Shown in pieces: positions 9,341 through 19,467 of a DNA stretch of 59,867 bases (positions are counted from its first letter, which is position 1; each line of letters starts with the position of its first letter). The notes below the pieces were generated by a model. That model was not told where the DNA came from, did no database searches, and worked only from the letters and a program-made list of their open reading frames with translations. The DNA comes from Sedimentibacter sp. (GTDB taxonomy: Bacteria; Bacillota; Clostridia; Tissierellales; Sedimentibacteraceae). A program made the translations under genes and the position numbers. The stretch is from NCBI GenBank assembly GCA_035270885.1, contig DATESJ010000123.1:1-59867 (forward strand), read 5' to 3'.

Positions 9341-12300
9341 TTATAGAAGTTCATTAGGAAGTTCATCTTGTAACCTTCTACCAAAAGCACGATAATACCC
9401 TGAGTCATCTTTATCAACTTCGTATTTCGTTATCCAATTTTTATCCTTGAAAATTTCTAATATCCGTTCATTGACATTGTTAACTACAAATTTGGGTCGA
9501 CCCAAATCAAACAATCTTACATAATCCTTCAAATTCAATTTATCTAGATAAATGATTGCTTGTCTTTTGTCAAAAGTCGGAAGAATAATAATGAAAAATT
9601 CCACTTTATCTTCATAAGTAAGCCTTGTATCTGCGAGTAGTTTTTCAAATAACTGCATAGAAAATGGATATGATTCAGAGAAAATCACTTGTTTTTGTCG
9701 AACTGTTAGATTTTCAATTTCTATTTTCATAGGACTATTCTCATGTAAATACGCAGTAAGCAGTTTAGGTATATCATTTTCTTCCAAATTATTGTTAAGT
9801 ATATAAATCTTTACCGTATTAGAGTAATCAGTATCTATAATTGATATAGCTTCATCTGTAAATTTAAGAAGATTAATTTTATTTTCATCGCTAGTATCTA
9901 AAGAAAGCACATCTACCATTTCATTAAAATCAAAGGTCTCCCCAGAGATAACATCATTCACATATGAATCAATATTCTTTTTTATAAAGTGAAGTGTATT
10001 GGTTGGATATTCATCCCTAATAAATAACAAAGAGTCTTGTGACATTCTTATGGTTTCTAAATCAATTAGAATATCTATTTTCTCATTTGAAATCCCCTCG
10101 GTTTTGAATGAATCATAATATCGCCTAAGCGACCTCATTATTTCTCTATATTTTTCATTGTTTAAATCGTTACATACAATTGCAACCTTGAAAAAACTAG
10201 ATGAAGCATCTTTACCAAAATCATTGATTGAATCAGAAAAATCCAAATGATTATCTTGGCTATTTACAAATTCAACTAAAATGTCGTCTAAGTTTTTTTC
10301 ACTATTAAAGAAATATTCGAGAATATTATTCTCCGAATATACGACTAGGTTATTTTGAAGTAATAATGACCAAGTATCCTTATCTGAAACTTTTTCGAGT
10401 AAAGTTATTGGTGTTTTTAGAACTTTAATATATTCAAGTTTATTTTCAAGAGTAATCTCATCATTATTTAACATAGATAACACAACCGATTCATCGTCTA
10501 CAATACTTCCTTCACAATGATTAATTATTATTTCTATATAGTAATTAATATTTCCATTAATATATTGTGCCAATGGCGATTCTGGCAATGATAAAATCAA
10601 TGTATAGTTTTTATGATTGAAATCTTCACTTTCTTCTATACCATAGAAGGTTTTGAGCATCAAAGTAATATGCCCGAAAGTGATTTGGTATAATCTGTTT
10701 TCATAAACTGCTATAAATAAGTCTTTATTTGCTATGTCATAATTAATTGATTTGAAACATATATTAATTAGCTTAAATCCTTTTATAAGTTTATCAATAT
10801 TAGGATTTTCAATATCCAAGTAATTAGAATTATCAGAGATATAGTCGGTTAGGGATTTTTCATTGTTTACCATATTTATAATATCTTGAGAGTAATAAAG
10901 TGTATATATGGAATATAACTTAACTTGAGATTCAGTAAAAACACCATTGCTTAAAATTTCAGAAAAGAAATTTTGCCATTGATTATTGAGTTTAAATACT
11001 AATTGCTGGATTTCTCTTTCGGAAATAAAAAAGCCTTGAATAAATTTGAAATTCTTCGTATTCTTTAACTGCAGCAAAAACCTATGAAGTTGCATATCAT
11101 ATTCAGGAGTTGTCAGCAGAAAACAAAATAAATCAAAATTAAGAATTTCTTCCTCATCAAAACTCACATCACTCAATCTATCAATTACCATTCGAGGACT
11201 TTTTAGTTCATATGTATATTCTTTCGCCTTTTTATCGCTAACACTTCTTAAAAATGTTTTATCAATACGACTTAAGCTATTTTCATAGAAATAGGTCATG
11301 TAATCTGCATAACTCTCATCAATATAACCGTTGCGGATAAGATATTTAATTAAATCAAAATAAGGGGTTTCCTTTATCTCATTAAAATCTCTTTCCACCC
11401 CTATTTCATTTATATATGTAGTTTTAAAAATATTATCAATGTTGTTTCGTGAGATAATATTGCATAACTTTTTATTTTTAAGCATCTCTAGCTCTTCCTG
11501 AAGATTAAAAATATCCTGCTTGATTCTTTCGATATTTTCTACTTCCTTATTTTTAACAGCTTCCTTACGTTCATCCCATTCCTCGTTTAATATTTCTTTT
11601 TCTTTATGCCGATAATATCCAAGTTCTTCAATCTTTTTACTGTATACCATAGAAAGCTCTTCATCAGAACACAAAATTTCTTTTTGAGCTTTATCAATTT
11701 TTTCATTTAAGGTATCTATCTTTTTATTTATATTATTTTTTTCATCGCTAATAAACCCTTCTTTTTTTGCGAAAAGGGTATATATAAATCCTTTATTTAA
11801 TTGCAAGTCACTAAAATCTCTTGGGAAGATATTTTTATAAATTATGAGAGCCAGAAGTTTATTATAATCTTGTTCCGTAGTATTGATTCTGTTATTATAG
11901 ACCACAAACTCGTTATAAATATTTTTGAGTATACGCATATCATCAACATACAAAGAAACATCTTGCAAAAAATTCTGTTTAAATAATTCAAAAATCCCCC
12001 CTGCCTTAAAATGTGCAATGAACTGATCGTATGAGTTAGAACTATCAATAACAGGGACAACTGGCATTATATAATCAAAAAATTTCGTTCTATCCTTAGA
12101 AATGAATATATCATCACGCAAAAGATAAAAAAATCTTAGAGGATTTTTATTTTCCTTTTTTAATTGATTATTTACAAGAGTATTGACCTCCCTCAACCTT
12201 TGAAATATTTGGTTTACATTATATCTATCCATATCTTCAAAAACTATGACATCTGCATCCGAATTTTCAAAAAGATATAAGACTTCATTTAAATATTTAT

Positions 12301-12964
12301 CAAAATAGGAGTCCTCATTTTCTTCAAAAATTTCTATTTCGTTACCTTGTAGACTGATTTTCTTTAAGATATTTTTATTTTTTTGGATTTTTATAATTTT
12401 ACCCCAAATAACACCAAACAGTATAAAAAGGATAGTTCCGCTAAAAATTCGTGTTTCACTATAGGCTGTTAGTAACAGTATATTTTTAAGCCAGATAAAC
12501 CAATTAATAGAAATGCTATTTACAAAAGCTTGCCAAGAATTAAACATTGTCAGATGCAATATCATAACAATAGTAATCATTATTAGAACTACATTTTGAA
12601 TAATTTTTTTATTGTCGAGTTGTCTTTTAATCTTAAAATTCGTTTGAGGAATTTTATCAGAATTAATTTGATGAATCAGTTGATTAAGGATCTTACCCTC
12701 TAAAACAGATTCTTTTATTTCTGCTTCTTCATCTTCTTTTTCCATTGGTGACTTAAAATGTGCAAGGGAAATATGTAAAAACTTAATATTACTATGTTTC
12801 TTTTTATATGTTTCAAGAACACTACTCTTTCCAGCACTATATGCACCCGAAATAGCAATGTTTTTAACATCATCATTTTTAAAAATAAAGTCTAAGGCAT
12901 GATCATAAATATTTAATTCTACATCATTTATTGGAGTAAGTTTTTGAAAATTATATTTATCCAT
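9341..12964 (-). CDS. YobI-like membrane-anchored P-loop NTPase (KAP-related)
   Basis: 1207 aa; Walker A GAYSAGKSS, two TM helices before Walker B VIVFEDMDR, RTKFFD and DMRILKNIYNEF motifs, long helical C-terminus. Confidence 0.8.
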   Translation of the reverse strand: MDKYNFQKLTPINDVELNIYDHALDFIFKNDDVKNIAISGAYSAGKSSVLETYKKKHSNIKFLHISLAHFKSPMEKEDEEAEIKESVLEGKILNQLIHQINSDKIPQTNFKIKRQLDNKKIIQNVVLIMITIVMILHLTMFNSWQAFVNSISINWFIWLKNILLLTAYSETRIFSGTILFILFGVIWGKIIKIQKNKNILKKISLQGNEIEIFEENEDSYFDKYLNEVLYLFENSDADVIVFEDMDRYNVNQIFQRLREVNTLVNNQLKKENKNPLRFFYLLRDDIFISKDRTKFFDYIMPVVPVIDSSNSYDQFIAHFKAGGIFELFKQNFLQDVSLYVDDMRILKNIYNEFVVYNNRINTTEQDYNKLLALIIYKNIFPRDFSDLQLNKGFIYTLFAKKEGFISDEKNNINKKIDTLNEKIDKAQKEILCSDEELSMVYSKKIEELGYYRHKEKEILNEEWDERKEAVKNKEVENIERIKQDIFNLQEELEMLKNKKLCNIISRNNIDNIFKTTYINEIGVERDFNEIKETPYFDLIKYLIRNGYIDESYADYMTYFYENSLSRIDKTFLRSVSDKKAKEYTYELKSPRMVIDRLSDVSFDEEEILNFDLFCFLLTTPEYDMQLHRFLLQLKNTKNFKFIQGFFISEREIQQLVFKLNNQWQNFFSEILSNGVFTESQVKLYSIYTLYYSQDIINMVNNEKSLTDYISDNSNYLDIENPNIDKLIKGFKLINICFKSINYDIANKDLFIAVYENRLYQITFGHITLMLKTFYGIEESEDFNHKNYTLILSLPESPLAQYINGNINYYIEIIINHCEGSIVDDESVVLSMLNNDEITLENKLEYIKVLKTPITLLEKVSDKDTWSLLLQNNLVVYSENNILEYFFNSEKNLDDILVEFVNSQDNHLDFSDSINDFGKDASSSFFKVAIVCNDLNNEKYREIMRSLRRYYDSFKTEGISNEKIDILIDLETIRMSQDSLLFIRDEYPTNTLHFIKKNIDSYVNDVISGETFDFNEMVDVLSLDTSDENKINLLKFTDEAISIIDTDYSNTVKIYILNNNLEENDIPKLLTAYLHENSPMKIEIENLTVRQKQVIFSESYPFSMQLFEKLLADTRLTYEDKVEFFIIILPTFDKRQAIIYLDKLNLKDYVRLFDLGRPKFVVNNVNERILEIFKDKNWITKYEVDKDDSGYYRAFGRRLQDELPNELL

Positions 12965-12969
12965 AGGAT

Positions 12970-13218
12970 TTAAACCCCTTTTGATTTTGTTATCTGATAT
13001 TTTTGTTGTCCAGAAGTTGTTTTTTGAATAGCCTTAATGCTTGTAGTTCCCTTATTAATATGGTGTAGAAATAATGTTCCAAGTAATATTCTTTCACTTC
13101 GTGGTATTCTGTTCCACTCATAGCCTTTAAACAACTCTTTTACTAAAAATATTTCTTCTTCTTTTAAATTTGCCGTTTCCTTAATAGCTTCATTTAATAA
13201 TTCATTAACATCATTCAT
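12970..13218 (-). CDS. DUF1413 family small DNA-binding protein
   Basis: EIFLVKELFKGYEWNRIPRSERILLGTLF...QQKY; GGGGTG RBS before ATG 13218. Confidence 0.75.
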   Translation of the reverse strand: MNDVNELLNEAIKETANLKEEEIFLVKELFKGYEWNRIPRSERILLGTLFLHHINKGTTSIKAIQKTTSGQQKYQITKSKGV

Positions 13219-13440
13219 ATTGCTCACCCCTCTTATAATAACCTTGCCGACAACATTGTTAATATCATTATACATTTTCTTTTTCCCTTTTACAATGTAA
13301 TTAAGTAGTAGCAACTAGAAGTATATATTAAGGAATCTTATATATAATTTTATATTTTACGCTGACATTAGCCACATAGTGCGGTAATATAGATATATAA
13401 ATCAAATACTTGGCTTAATGCCTGCTTTTAAAAAACTTTA

Positions 13441-13475
13441 ATAGCAAGCACAGTAAGTGTAGACACACTTACGAG
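13441..13475 (-). other. Predicted oriT (MOBP-type nic site with adjacent inverted repeat)
   Basis: GTAAGTGT-AGAC-ACACTTAC hairpin (13453-13472) next to TGTGCTTG/C on the minus strand, upstream of mobC-relaxase. Confidence 0.65.
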
Positions 13476-13603
13476 AAAATTGATGAAGCGGACCCCTCTA
13501 GGCTCGCTTCTTTTTTATCCAATTTTCTACTTGTTCCTATCGGAATGATTTAGGGGTCACCCCTAATACCCTGTTGTAAATGAAAAAGAAAAGGAGAATT
13601 CGT

Positions 13604-13957
13604 ATGGCAAATAGACTTAGAAAAAATGATATTCATGTAATGGTTACTGATGAGGAGAAAGACCTTTTTAACAAGAAACTTGAGATGAGCAAGTCAAAAT
13701 CTATGGGACATTTTATAAGGAAAAGTGTTCTTGAAGCCCCTATATTTGTAATTGATATGAATGTTTTTAGAAGGCTACAAACTCTTATAGGAAAAAACTC
13801 TAATAATCTTAATCAAATTGCAAAGAGGGTAAATAGTACAGGAATAATCTATAGAGAAGATATTGAGGATCTAAAAAAAGAAAATGATGATATATCAAGA
13901 GAAATAATAAAAATTCAAAATATCCTAACAAGGAAATATATGAATAGGTCTGATTGA
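13604..13957 (+). CDS. mobC: MobC relaxosome accessory protein
   Basis: RHH-like N-terminus, NNLNQIAKRVNSTG motif; AAGGAG RBS. Confidence 0.9.
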   Translation: MANRLRKNDIHVMVTDEEKDLFNKKLEMSKSKSMGHFIRKSVLEAPIFVIDMNVFRRLQTLIGKNSNNLNQIAKRVNSTGIIYREDIEDLKKENDDISREIIKIQNILTRKYMNRSD

Positions 13958-13958
13958 T

Positions 13959-15302
13959 ATGGCTATTACAAAGATCCACCCTATCAAATCCACCCTTAAT
14001 CTTGCTATTGATTATATTACAAGTGATGATAAAACTGATAAACAAATATTAATAAGTTCAGATGGTTGCTCTCCTGCAACTGCCCATTTACAGTTCATGA
14101 ATACTAGGGAAACCAATGATACTAGAGGGACAGTTTTAGCTCGGCATTTAATACAAAGTTTTGTTCCTGGAGAAGTAAGTCCTGATAAAGCACATGAGAT
14201 AGGGATTGCCTTAGCCAAAGAAGTTTTAAATGGTGAATATGAATATGTACTAGCCACCCATGTAGATCGTAACCACATTCACAACCATATTATTTTTAAT
14301 AATGTTAATTGGAAGACAGGAAAATGCTATCAATCTAACAAGCGAAGTTACCATAAAATAAGATACCAAAGCGACAAGTTATGCAAGGAAAACAACCTAA
14401 TTGTTATAGATGAATATTACGAAAAATATAAGAAGAAATATAAGACCAGGGGTAAATCCTATAGGGAATATCAAGAAGATAAAAAGGGAGCTTCATGGAA
14501 AAGCAAACTCCAATTCGATATAGACAGAGCTATTAAAAAAGCTAAGGATTGGGAGGACTTTCTCCATCTTATGGAGCAATATGGCTATGAAATTAAACAT
14601 GGAAAACATATTGCTTTCAAAAAAATAGATGGGCAACAGCGTTTTACAAGGGCAATGAGGATAGGGGAAGATTATACTGAGAAAAGATTAAAAAAACGTA
14701 TCCTAGAAGAAGTTGATATGAAGAACAAGCGTCCTAAAGCTCCTTTTAAGCCTTTAGATAATGTCATTGATATAAGTGCCAATGATAAAGCTAAAAGCTC
14801 TCCTGGATATAAATATTGGGCAACAAAGCACAATCTGTCTACCATGGCAGATACTATAAACCAGGTTAGAAATGAAGGTTTTAAAACACGAGAACAGCTA
14901 GAAAAAGCTATCCATGAAAAAGCTACTGAAGTTCAAAATCTTCTTACAGAAAATAAAGAAATAGAAAAACTTATAGAAGTAAAAAAGAAGATTATGGAGA
15001 ACCGCTATACTATAGAACAATATAAAGAAATCCATAAATATGCTAAGGCACACCCTGAAGATAAAGCTTTCATTAATGAATATAACCCTCAACTTATGCT
15101 TTATAAAAAGGCAGTTGCTGAAAGTTTCCAAGACTCTAATATTCTACCCACTACCAAGCAAATTTATGAAGACCTTGAAAAACTTCATACAAAAAAAGAG
15201 TCTCTCATTGAGAAACTCAGTCAATCTCGCCAGGAGCAGGATAGGCTATATAAGTATAAGAAAAACTATGATAATTATTTGGGGAAAGGGGTCGAGAGAT
15301 AA
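13959..15302 (+). CDS. MOBP family relaxase
   Basis: MAITKIHPIK...AIDYI, HLIQSF.PGE, THVDRNHIHNHIIFN (HUH motif). Confidence 0.95.
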   Translation: MAITKIHPIKSTLNLAIDYITSDDKTDKQILISSDGCSPATAHLQFMNTRETNDTRGTVLARHLIQSFVPGEVSPDKAHEIGIALAKEVLNGEYEYVLATHVDRNHIHNHIIFNNVNWKTGKCYQSNKRSYHKIRYQSDKLCKENNLIVIDEYYEKYKKKYKTRGKSYREYQEDKKGASWKSKLQFDIDRAIKKAKDWEDFLHLMEQYGYEIKHGKHIAFKKIDGQQRFTRAMRIGEDYTEKRLKKRILEEVDMKNKRPKAPFKPLDNVIDISANDKAKSSPGYKYWATKHNLSTMADTINQVRNEGFKTREQLEKAIHEKATEVQNLLTENKEIEKLIEVKKKIMENRYTIEQYKEIHKYAKAHPEDKAFINEYNPQLMLYKKAVAESFQDSNILPTTKQIYEDLEKLHTKKESLIEKLSQSRQEQDRLYKYKKNYDNYLGKGVER

Positions 15303-15312
15303 TCTCGATCTC
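15288..15312. terminator. Hairpin between the convergent relaxase and CBASS effector genes
   Basis: GGGGTCGAGA-GATAA-TCTCGATCTC. Confidence 0.45.
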
Positions 15313-15319
15313 AACCTAG

Positions 15320-16162
15320 TTATTCTTCTTCAAAAAATCTATATATTTTCTTCCTTTTAGAAAACTTACGTGTATTTTCTTTCTCTTGTTGATATATATA
15401 TAACTCTTTTATATTGCCTCTATTGGCAAGAGAAAAAGCCTGTTTGGCTATTTCATAATTATGTCTTGGGTTAGTTGTAGAGTAAATATTAACAATAGCT
15501 TTTTCAGGTAAAGCTCTTACTTCTTTACATATTTCTTTCACAAATTTAGTATTATAAACTCTAGAAACATCATCTTTTCTATCATGCTCTATTATTATGG
15601 TTCGCAAGGGCTTTTTAGATTCGGGAATTTGATTTTTGGTTATAGGGTAAGTATCTTCTAAAATTAAATTAACCTCGTTGACATTTTCTGCATCCTTATT
15701 GTGATACTGAACTACGACATTTATATCTTTTTCTGGGAAACTTTCCTCAGGAATTGAATATTTTTCAAATGTTCCTCGTATTACAAGTTTATACTGCATT
15801 GCAATTGGAACTAATATTAAGTTGCAACTATTATATCCAAGAATTTTAGAGCAAAACCAAAACCATATATATGAGTAATCGTGATAAATATTTCCACTAA
15901 ATAAAATTTTATCCTCATTACTTTTACGAATATATTTAAACAAGACAATTATTACTAATAATATTCCCATTGTCCAGTTTCCTGATTGCATAAGGTAATA
16001 ATATTTAGCAGTAGAAAAATCAGGACTTTGACCTCCAAGTAATGTTCTTATTATCTCCGACAAATTTACAAGCTTAGGGAAACAAAAGCAAATTACAAGC
16101 AATAACATTTGAAGAATTGCTCTTCCATTATCTATTACTTTACCAGTCAGTCTTTTTATCAA
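15320..16162 (-). CDS. Putative CBASS effector: two TM helices plus a divergent SAVED-like domain
   Basis: Two N-terminal hydrophobic segments; C-terminal pattern VNLILEDTYPI...VNIYSTTNP...LYIYQQ resembles the second SAVED subdomain; overlaps cap3. Confidence 0.6.
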   Translation of the reverse strand: MIKRLTGKVIDNGRAILQMLLLVICFCFPKLVNLSEIIRTLLGGQSPDFSTAKYYYLMQSGNWTMGILLVIIVLFKYIRKSNEDKILFSGNIYHDYSYIWFWFCSKILGYNSCNLILVPIAMQYKLVIRGTFEKYSIPEESFPEKDINVVVQYHNKDAENVNEVNLILEDTYPITKNQIPESKKPLRTIIIEHDRKDDVSRVYNTKFVKEICKEVRALPEKAIVNIYSTTNPRHNYEIAKQAFSLANRGNIKELYIYQQEKENTRKFSKRKKIYRFFEEE

Positions 16163-16646
16163 AGTCTACCACATCCTTCCAATATATTGTTTTTATCAAA
16201 TCAGGATTCTTTAATAATTTTCCAAACTTCCAAATTCTTATTGCTTTACTGCCAACTATAATATGAAAATGCTCTATATTTCCTGGCGATTCTTTCATTA
16301 TTTTCTTCCAGTTTTTCAAGTCTAATCTGGAGTAATCAGGCAAATCTTCATCATGGGTATGCCATTCCCCAATATAGCAATATATTTCATTGCTTGAATT
16401 AAAAACCTCGTTAAATATATCAATATGTCTTTTATCTTTTCTAATAAATTTATTATATCTACGTTTATCACTTGCATAAGGCTCAGTAATATATCTAATA
16501 ATAATATTATCATCTGATATATTTTCTTTACCTATTAAAATACCACCTGCTTCTAAGGATCCAGCTCCTAGCTGAATATATTTTTTCATCACTTGAAAAA
16601 CAGAAGAACAAATCTTTATCTCTATATTATTTGAATTAATTTTCAT
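16140..16646 (-). CDS. cap3: CBASS Cap3 JAB/MPN+ isopeptidase
   Basis: EAGGILIG, YIGEWHTHDEDLPDYSRLD JAMM motif; start overlaps the cap2 stop. Confidence 0.9.
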   Translation of the reverse strand: MKINSNNIEIKICSSVFQVMKKYIQLGAGSLEAGGILIGKENISDDNIIIRYITEPYASDKRRYNKFIRKDKRHIDIFNEVFNSSNEIYCYIGEWHTHDEDLPDYSRLDLKNWKKIMKESPGNIEHFHIIVGSKAIRIWKFGKLLKNPDLIKTIYWKDVVDFDKKTDW

Positions 16647-18388
16647 TATTTGCCACCACATACATTACAAGAAGTATTTTTAAAATCATTACCTTTTATT
16701 ATAGAAATTTTATCTTTTTGATTATTATAGTTATCTGATAAAACAAATCCTGCTTTTTTAAAATAATAATCATCACCTTTTTCTGAAACTATTATATTTT
16801 CTTCTATCCTTCCTTCAGTAAAGGTTTTAAGTAGATCAATAAATAATATGCTACTTTGAATAGATATTAGAGAGCCATAAGGTATAAATGTGCCACTACA
16901 ACCAGATACATTTTTAGTAACATTTTGTCCTGGCCTACAGTATGAAGTAGAATCATATAACCCTAATACCTCATCTCGTTTAAAAATACATTCATAGCAA
17001 CCTGCTTTATCAAATTGGATTACTGCTACATGAGAACCTATATCTAGTGTCTCATTCCAAATATAAAATACAGGAGTATTAATTTTATTAGTATTTATAT
17101 AGTCATTTATCCACATATTTAAAATCGCATTTCCTGTTGCTGCAATTACATAATCATAATCATTAAAATCTATACCACTATCATCAATTGCATCCTGTAT
17201 TTTTTCAGCAACAGTTTTAATTTGTAAACCAGGTAAACTTTTCTCTCCAAATTTTCTAAGTGCTTCTACTTTATAAACCCCAATATAATCTCTTCCGAGT
17301 AAATGTCTATAAATGTTTTCTGACCCTAATTTATCATGATCTATCAATGTAATATTTTTACATCCTGATTTTATCAAGTTATTAAACACATATCCACCTA
17401 TTGAGCCACATCCTATTACAAGATACTCTTTATTAGATAAAATATTTTCGTCAAAAGAAGTTCTATTTAAAAGACTACGTTCATCCAGCCTTTCTACATA
17501 TAACGGAATTATTTCCGTCTTTTCTATTAGTTCAAGAGTAGAATCCATATTAAAACATGGAGTTTTTATAACAACGCCAAAAGTATTAGAAATACCATTT
17601 GGTTGTTTGACTTCAAATATAATAAACAATTCTTCTTTAGCTTTTCTTATAATTTTTCTTACATCTGATGTAACTTTTACACCTTCAAAAATTACATTCA
17701 AATATTCTACAGATATTGGTTTGTCTATTTCAGGTGGATAAATAATATCCTTAGCTTCACTATATAAATACAATCCATTTTTAATTGAATTGTTGTACCC
17801 CCATTCCTTAAAATCATTTGTATCTATACTTGCAAAATAATCATTTACTTCAGTTCTTTTTAGATATTGTGAATAGGATTCATTCTTTCTTCTTTGTTTT
17901 TTTATTTCCTTTATCGAACAATAAGATATTTTTTTACTTGATTCTAAATTTGGTATAATTACTTTAGCTATTTTCCATCCTGGTAAGCATAATATATAAG
18001 AATCAAATTCTTCTAAAAAGTCATTCCAATTTTCCTTACTTATCCCTTCTTCAATTATCAATTTTGCCCGCAAAATACATTGATTTAGGATCCCCAGCAA
18101 ATCCTTCTCTATGATAGAACCCTCTAAATCATATAAGCAAAGCTTACCTTTATTATCAATATGAGGAATATATGGTATTTCTGCCAATGCAATATAAATA
18201 TCAACAAGATTCTGTCCCCAATCATTAGGAATTCCTATTATTATTGGAAACCACGAACTGCCTACCTTTAACTCACATTTAATCTTCACATCATAGCTTT
18301 GATTTTTATAACTCTCATTATTCTTTATCTTAATGCCTGATAAATAAGGTTTATCCAATAAATCATTTTTTATTAAATTCAAATCCAT
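16646..18388 (-). CDS. cap2: CBASS Cap2 E2/E1 (ThiF) fusion
   Basis: N-terminal E2-like PHID..GKLCL; ThiF GCGSIGG, D.D.L..ENIYRH; CYEC/CNVC zinc pairs; SGCSGTFIPY catalytic Cys region. Confidence 0.9.
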   Translation of the reverse strand: MDLNLIKNDLLDKPYLSGIKIKNNESYKNQSYDVKIKCELKVGSSWFPIIIGIPNDWGQNLVDIYIALAEIPYIPHIDNKGKLCLYDLEGSIIEKDLLGILNQCILRAKLIIEEGISKENWNDFLEEFDSYILCLPGWKIAKVIIPNLESSKKISYCSIKEIKKQRRKNESYSQYLKRTEVNDYFASIDTNDFKEWGYNNSIKNGLYLYSEAKDIIYPPEIDKPISVEYLNVIFEGVKVTSDVRKIIRKAKEELFIIFEVKQPNGISNTFGVVIKTPCFNMDSTLELIEKTEIIPLYVERLDERSLLNRTSFDENILSNKEYLVIGCGSIGGYVFNNLIKSGCKNITLIDHDKLGSENIYRHLLGRDYIGVYKVEALRKFGEKSLPGLQIKTVAEKIQDAIDDSGIDFNDYDYVIAATGNAILNMWINDYINTNKINTPVFYIWNETLDIGSHVAVIQFDKAGCYECIFKRDEVLGLYDSTSYCRPGQNVTKNVSGCSGTFIPYGSLISIQSSILFIDLLKTFTEGRIEENIIVSEKGDDYYFKKAGFVLSDNYNNQKDKISIIKGNDFKNTSCNVCGGK

Positions 18389-18393
18389 ACAAA

Positions 18394-19419
18394 TTACTCC
18401 ATTCCAGAAGAACTAGAACTTGGTATATAATTATATTGTTTCTTTGCTGTCTTTTCTTCTTCTGGAACCTCAAAATCGTCTCCAAATATCTTTTGGAGTT
18501 TTTTGTACTTTTCATGTTCATCAGTTTCATTCTCTACACCATTTAAATCAGATTGTAGCTTTTCTGCCTTTTCTTTAAAATCAGTCATTTGTCTATCACT
18601 CATCTTTTCAAAAACATCTGAATTTAATTCAAAGTCAAGTTCTATTGGTAGTGGTGATTTTATTCTATATAAAAAGTCTCCATCTTTGTCAATTCCTTCA
18701 AATCTAAAGCTATTAACAATAGAATCTACTATATGAATTAAAGCACTTAAATCATCTTCTTCATAGTATATAAAATTATCCAAAGCAATTAAATTAAGTC
18801 CAATACTTGATGGTTCAGAGTGTCCTTTTGCATCAAATCTTCTATGTTTCCATCTTTTAAGATACCTTAACATCCTCCTAAATTGATCTCTTTGTTTCCC
18901 CATTTCCACTCCATTATTTATATGCTCTACCAACCCCTTGGGATCAGCCTTGTCCCATTTCTGAGAATCTTTATTGCCTTTAATTCCCTTTGCAATATAA
19001 ATCTGACTATCAGTATTATCTTTATCTTCATAAACATAAACTACTAGATCTACATGATAGGAAGGTTCTCCATCTTTTTTATAAGTTACTGTCACACAGG
19101 GCTTCTTTATTTCTGCACCATATTCTGTATGATTTTTCAAAAGTTTTTCTATATCTTCCTTTAAATCCATAGGATCATACTCAGATTTATTAACATTAAA
19201 TCTCAAACCTACGTCAATATCATATTCCCTACCATCTCCTGGCTTTATTCCTGTATACATAGCATAACTTCCTTGGTCTAATTTCTTAAACGATGGTAAG
19301 TCCTTATCATTTTCCAAAATCCTCAATAAAGTATCCCTTTTCTCCGCAAGTTCCGAATTGGTTCCATAATCAAGTCTTATCTTTTCATTAAATTTTTTGA
19401 ACTCTGATTGAATACTCAT
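18394..19419 (-). CDS. CBASS CD-NTase (cGAS/DncV-like cyclase, CdnB-like)
   Basis: QGSYAMYTGIKP, YDIDVG, HVDLVVY catalytic motifs, RYLKRWK; upstream of cap2-cap3. Confidence 0.92.
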   Translation of the reverse strand: MSIQSEFKKFNEKIRLDYGTNSELAEKRDTLLRILENDKDLPSFKKLDQGSYAMYTGIKPGDGREYDIDVGLRFNVNKSEYDPMDLKEDIEKLLKNHTEYGAEIKKPCVTVTYKKDGEPSYHVDLVVYVYEDKDNTDSQIYIAKGIKGNKDSQKWDKADPKGLVEHINNGVEMGKQRDQFRRMLRYLKRWKHRRFDAKGHSEPSSIGLNLIALDNFIYYEEDDLSALIHIVDSIVNSFRFEGIDKDGDFLYRIKSPLPIELDFELNSDVFEKMSDRQMTDFKEKAEKLQSDLNGVENETDEHEKYKKLQKIFGDDFEVPEEEKTAKKQYNYIPSSSSSGME

Positions 19420-19467
19420 AATCTTCCTCCTTAATTTTTAGGTCACTTTATCTTTACTGTTGACCCT

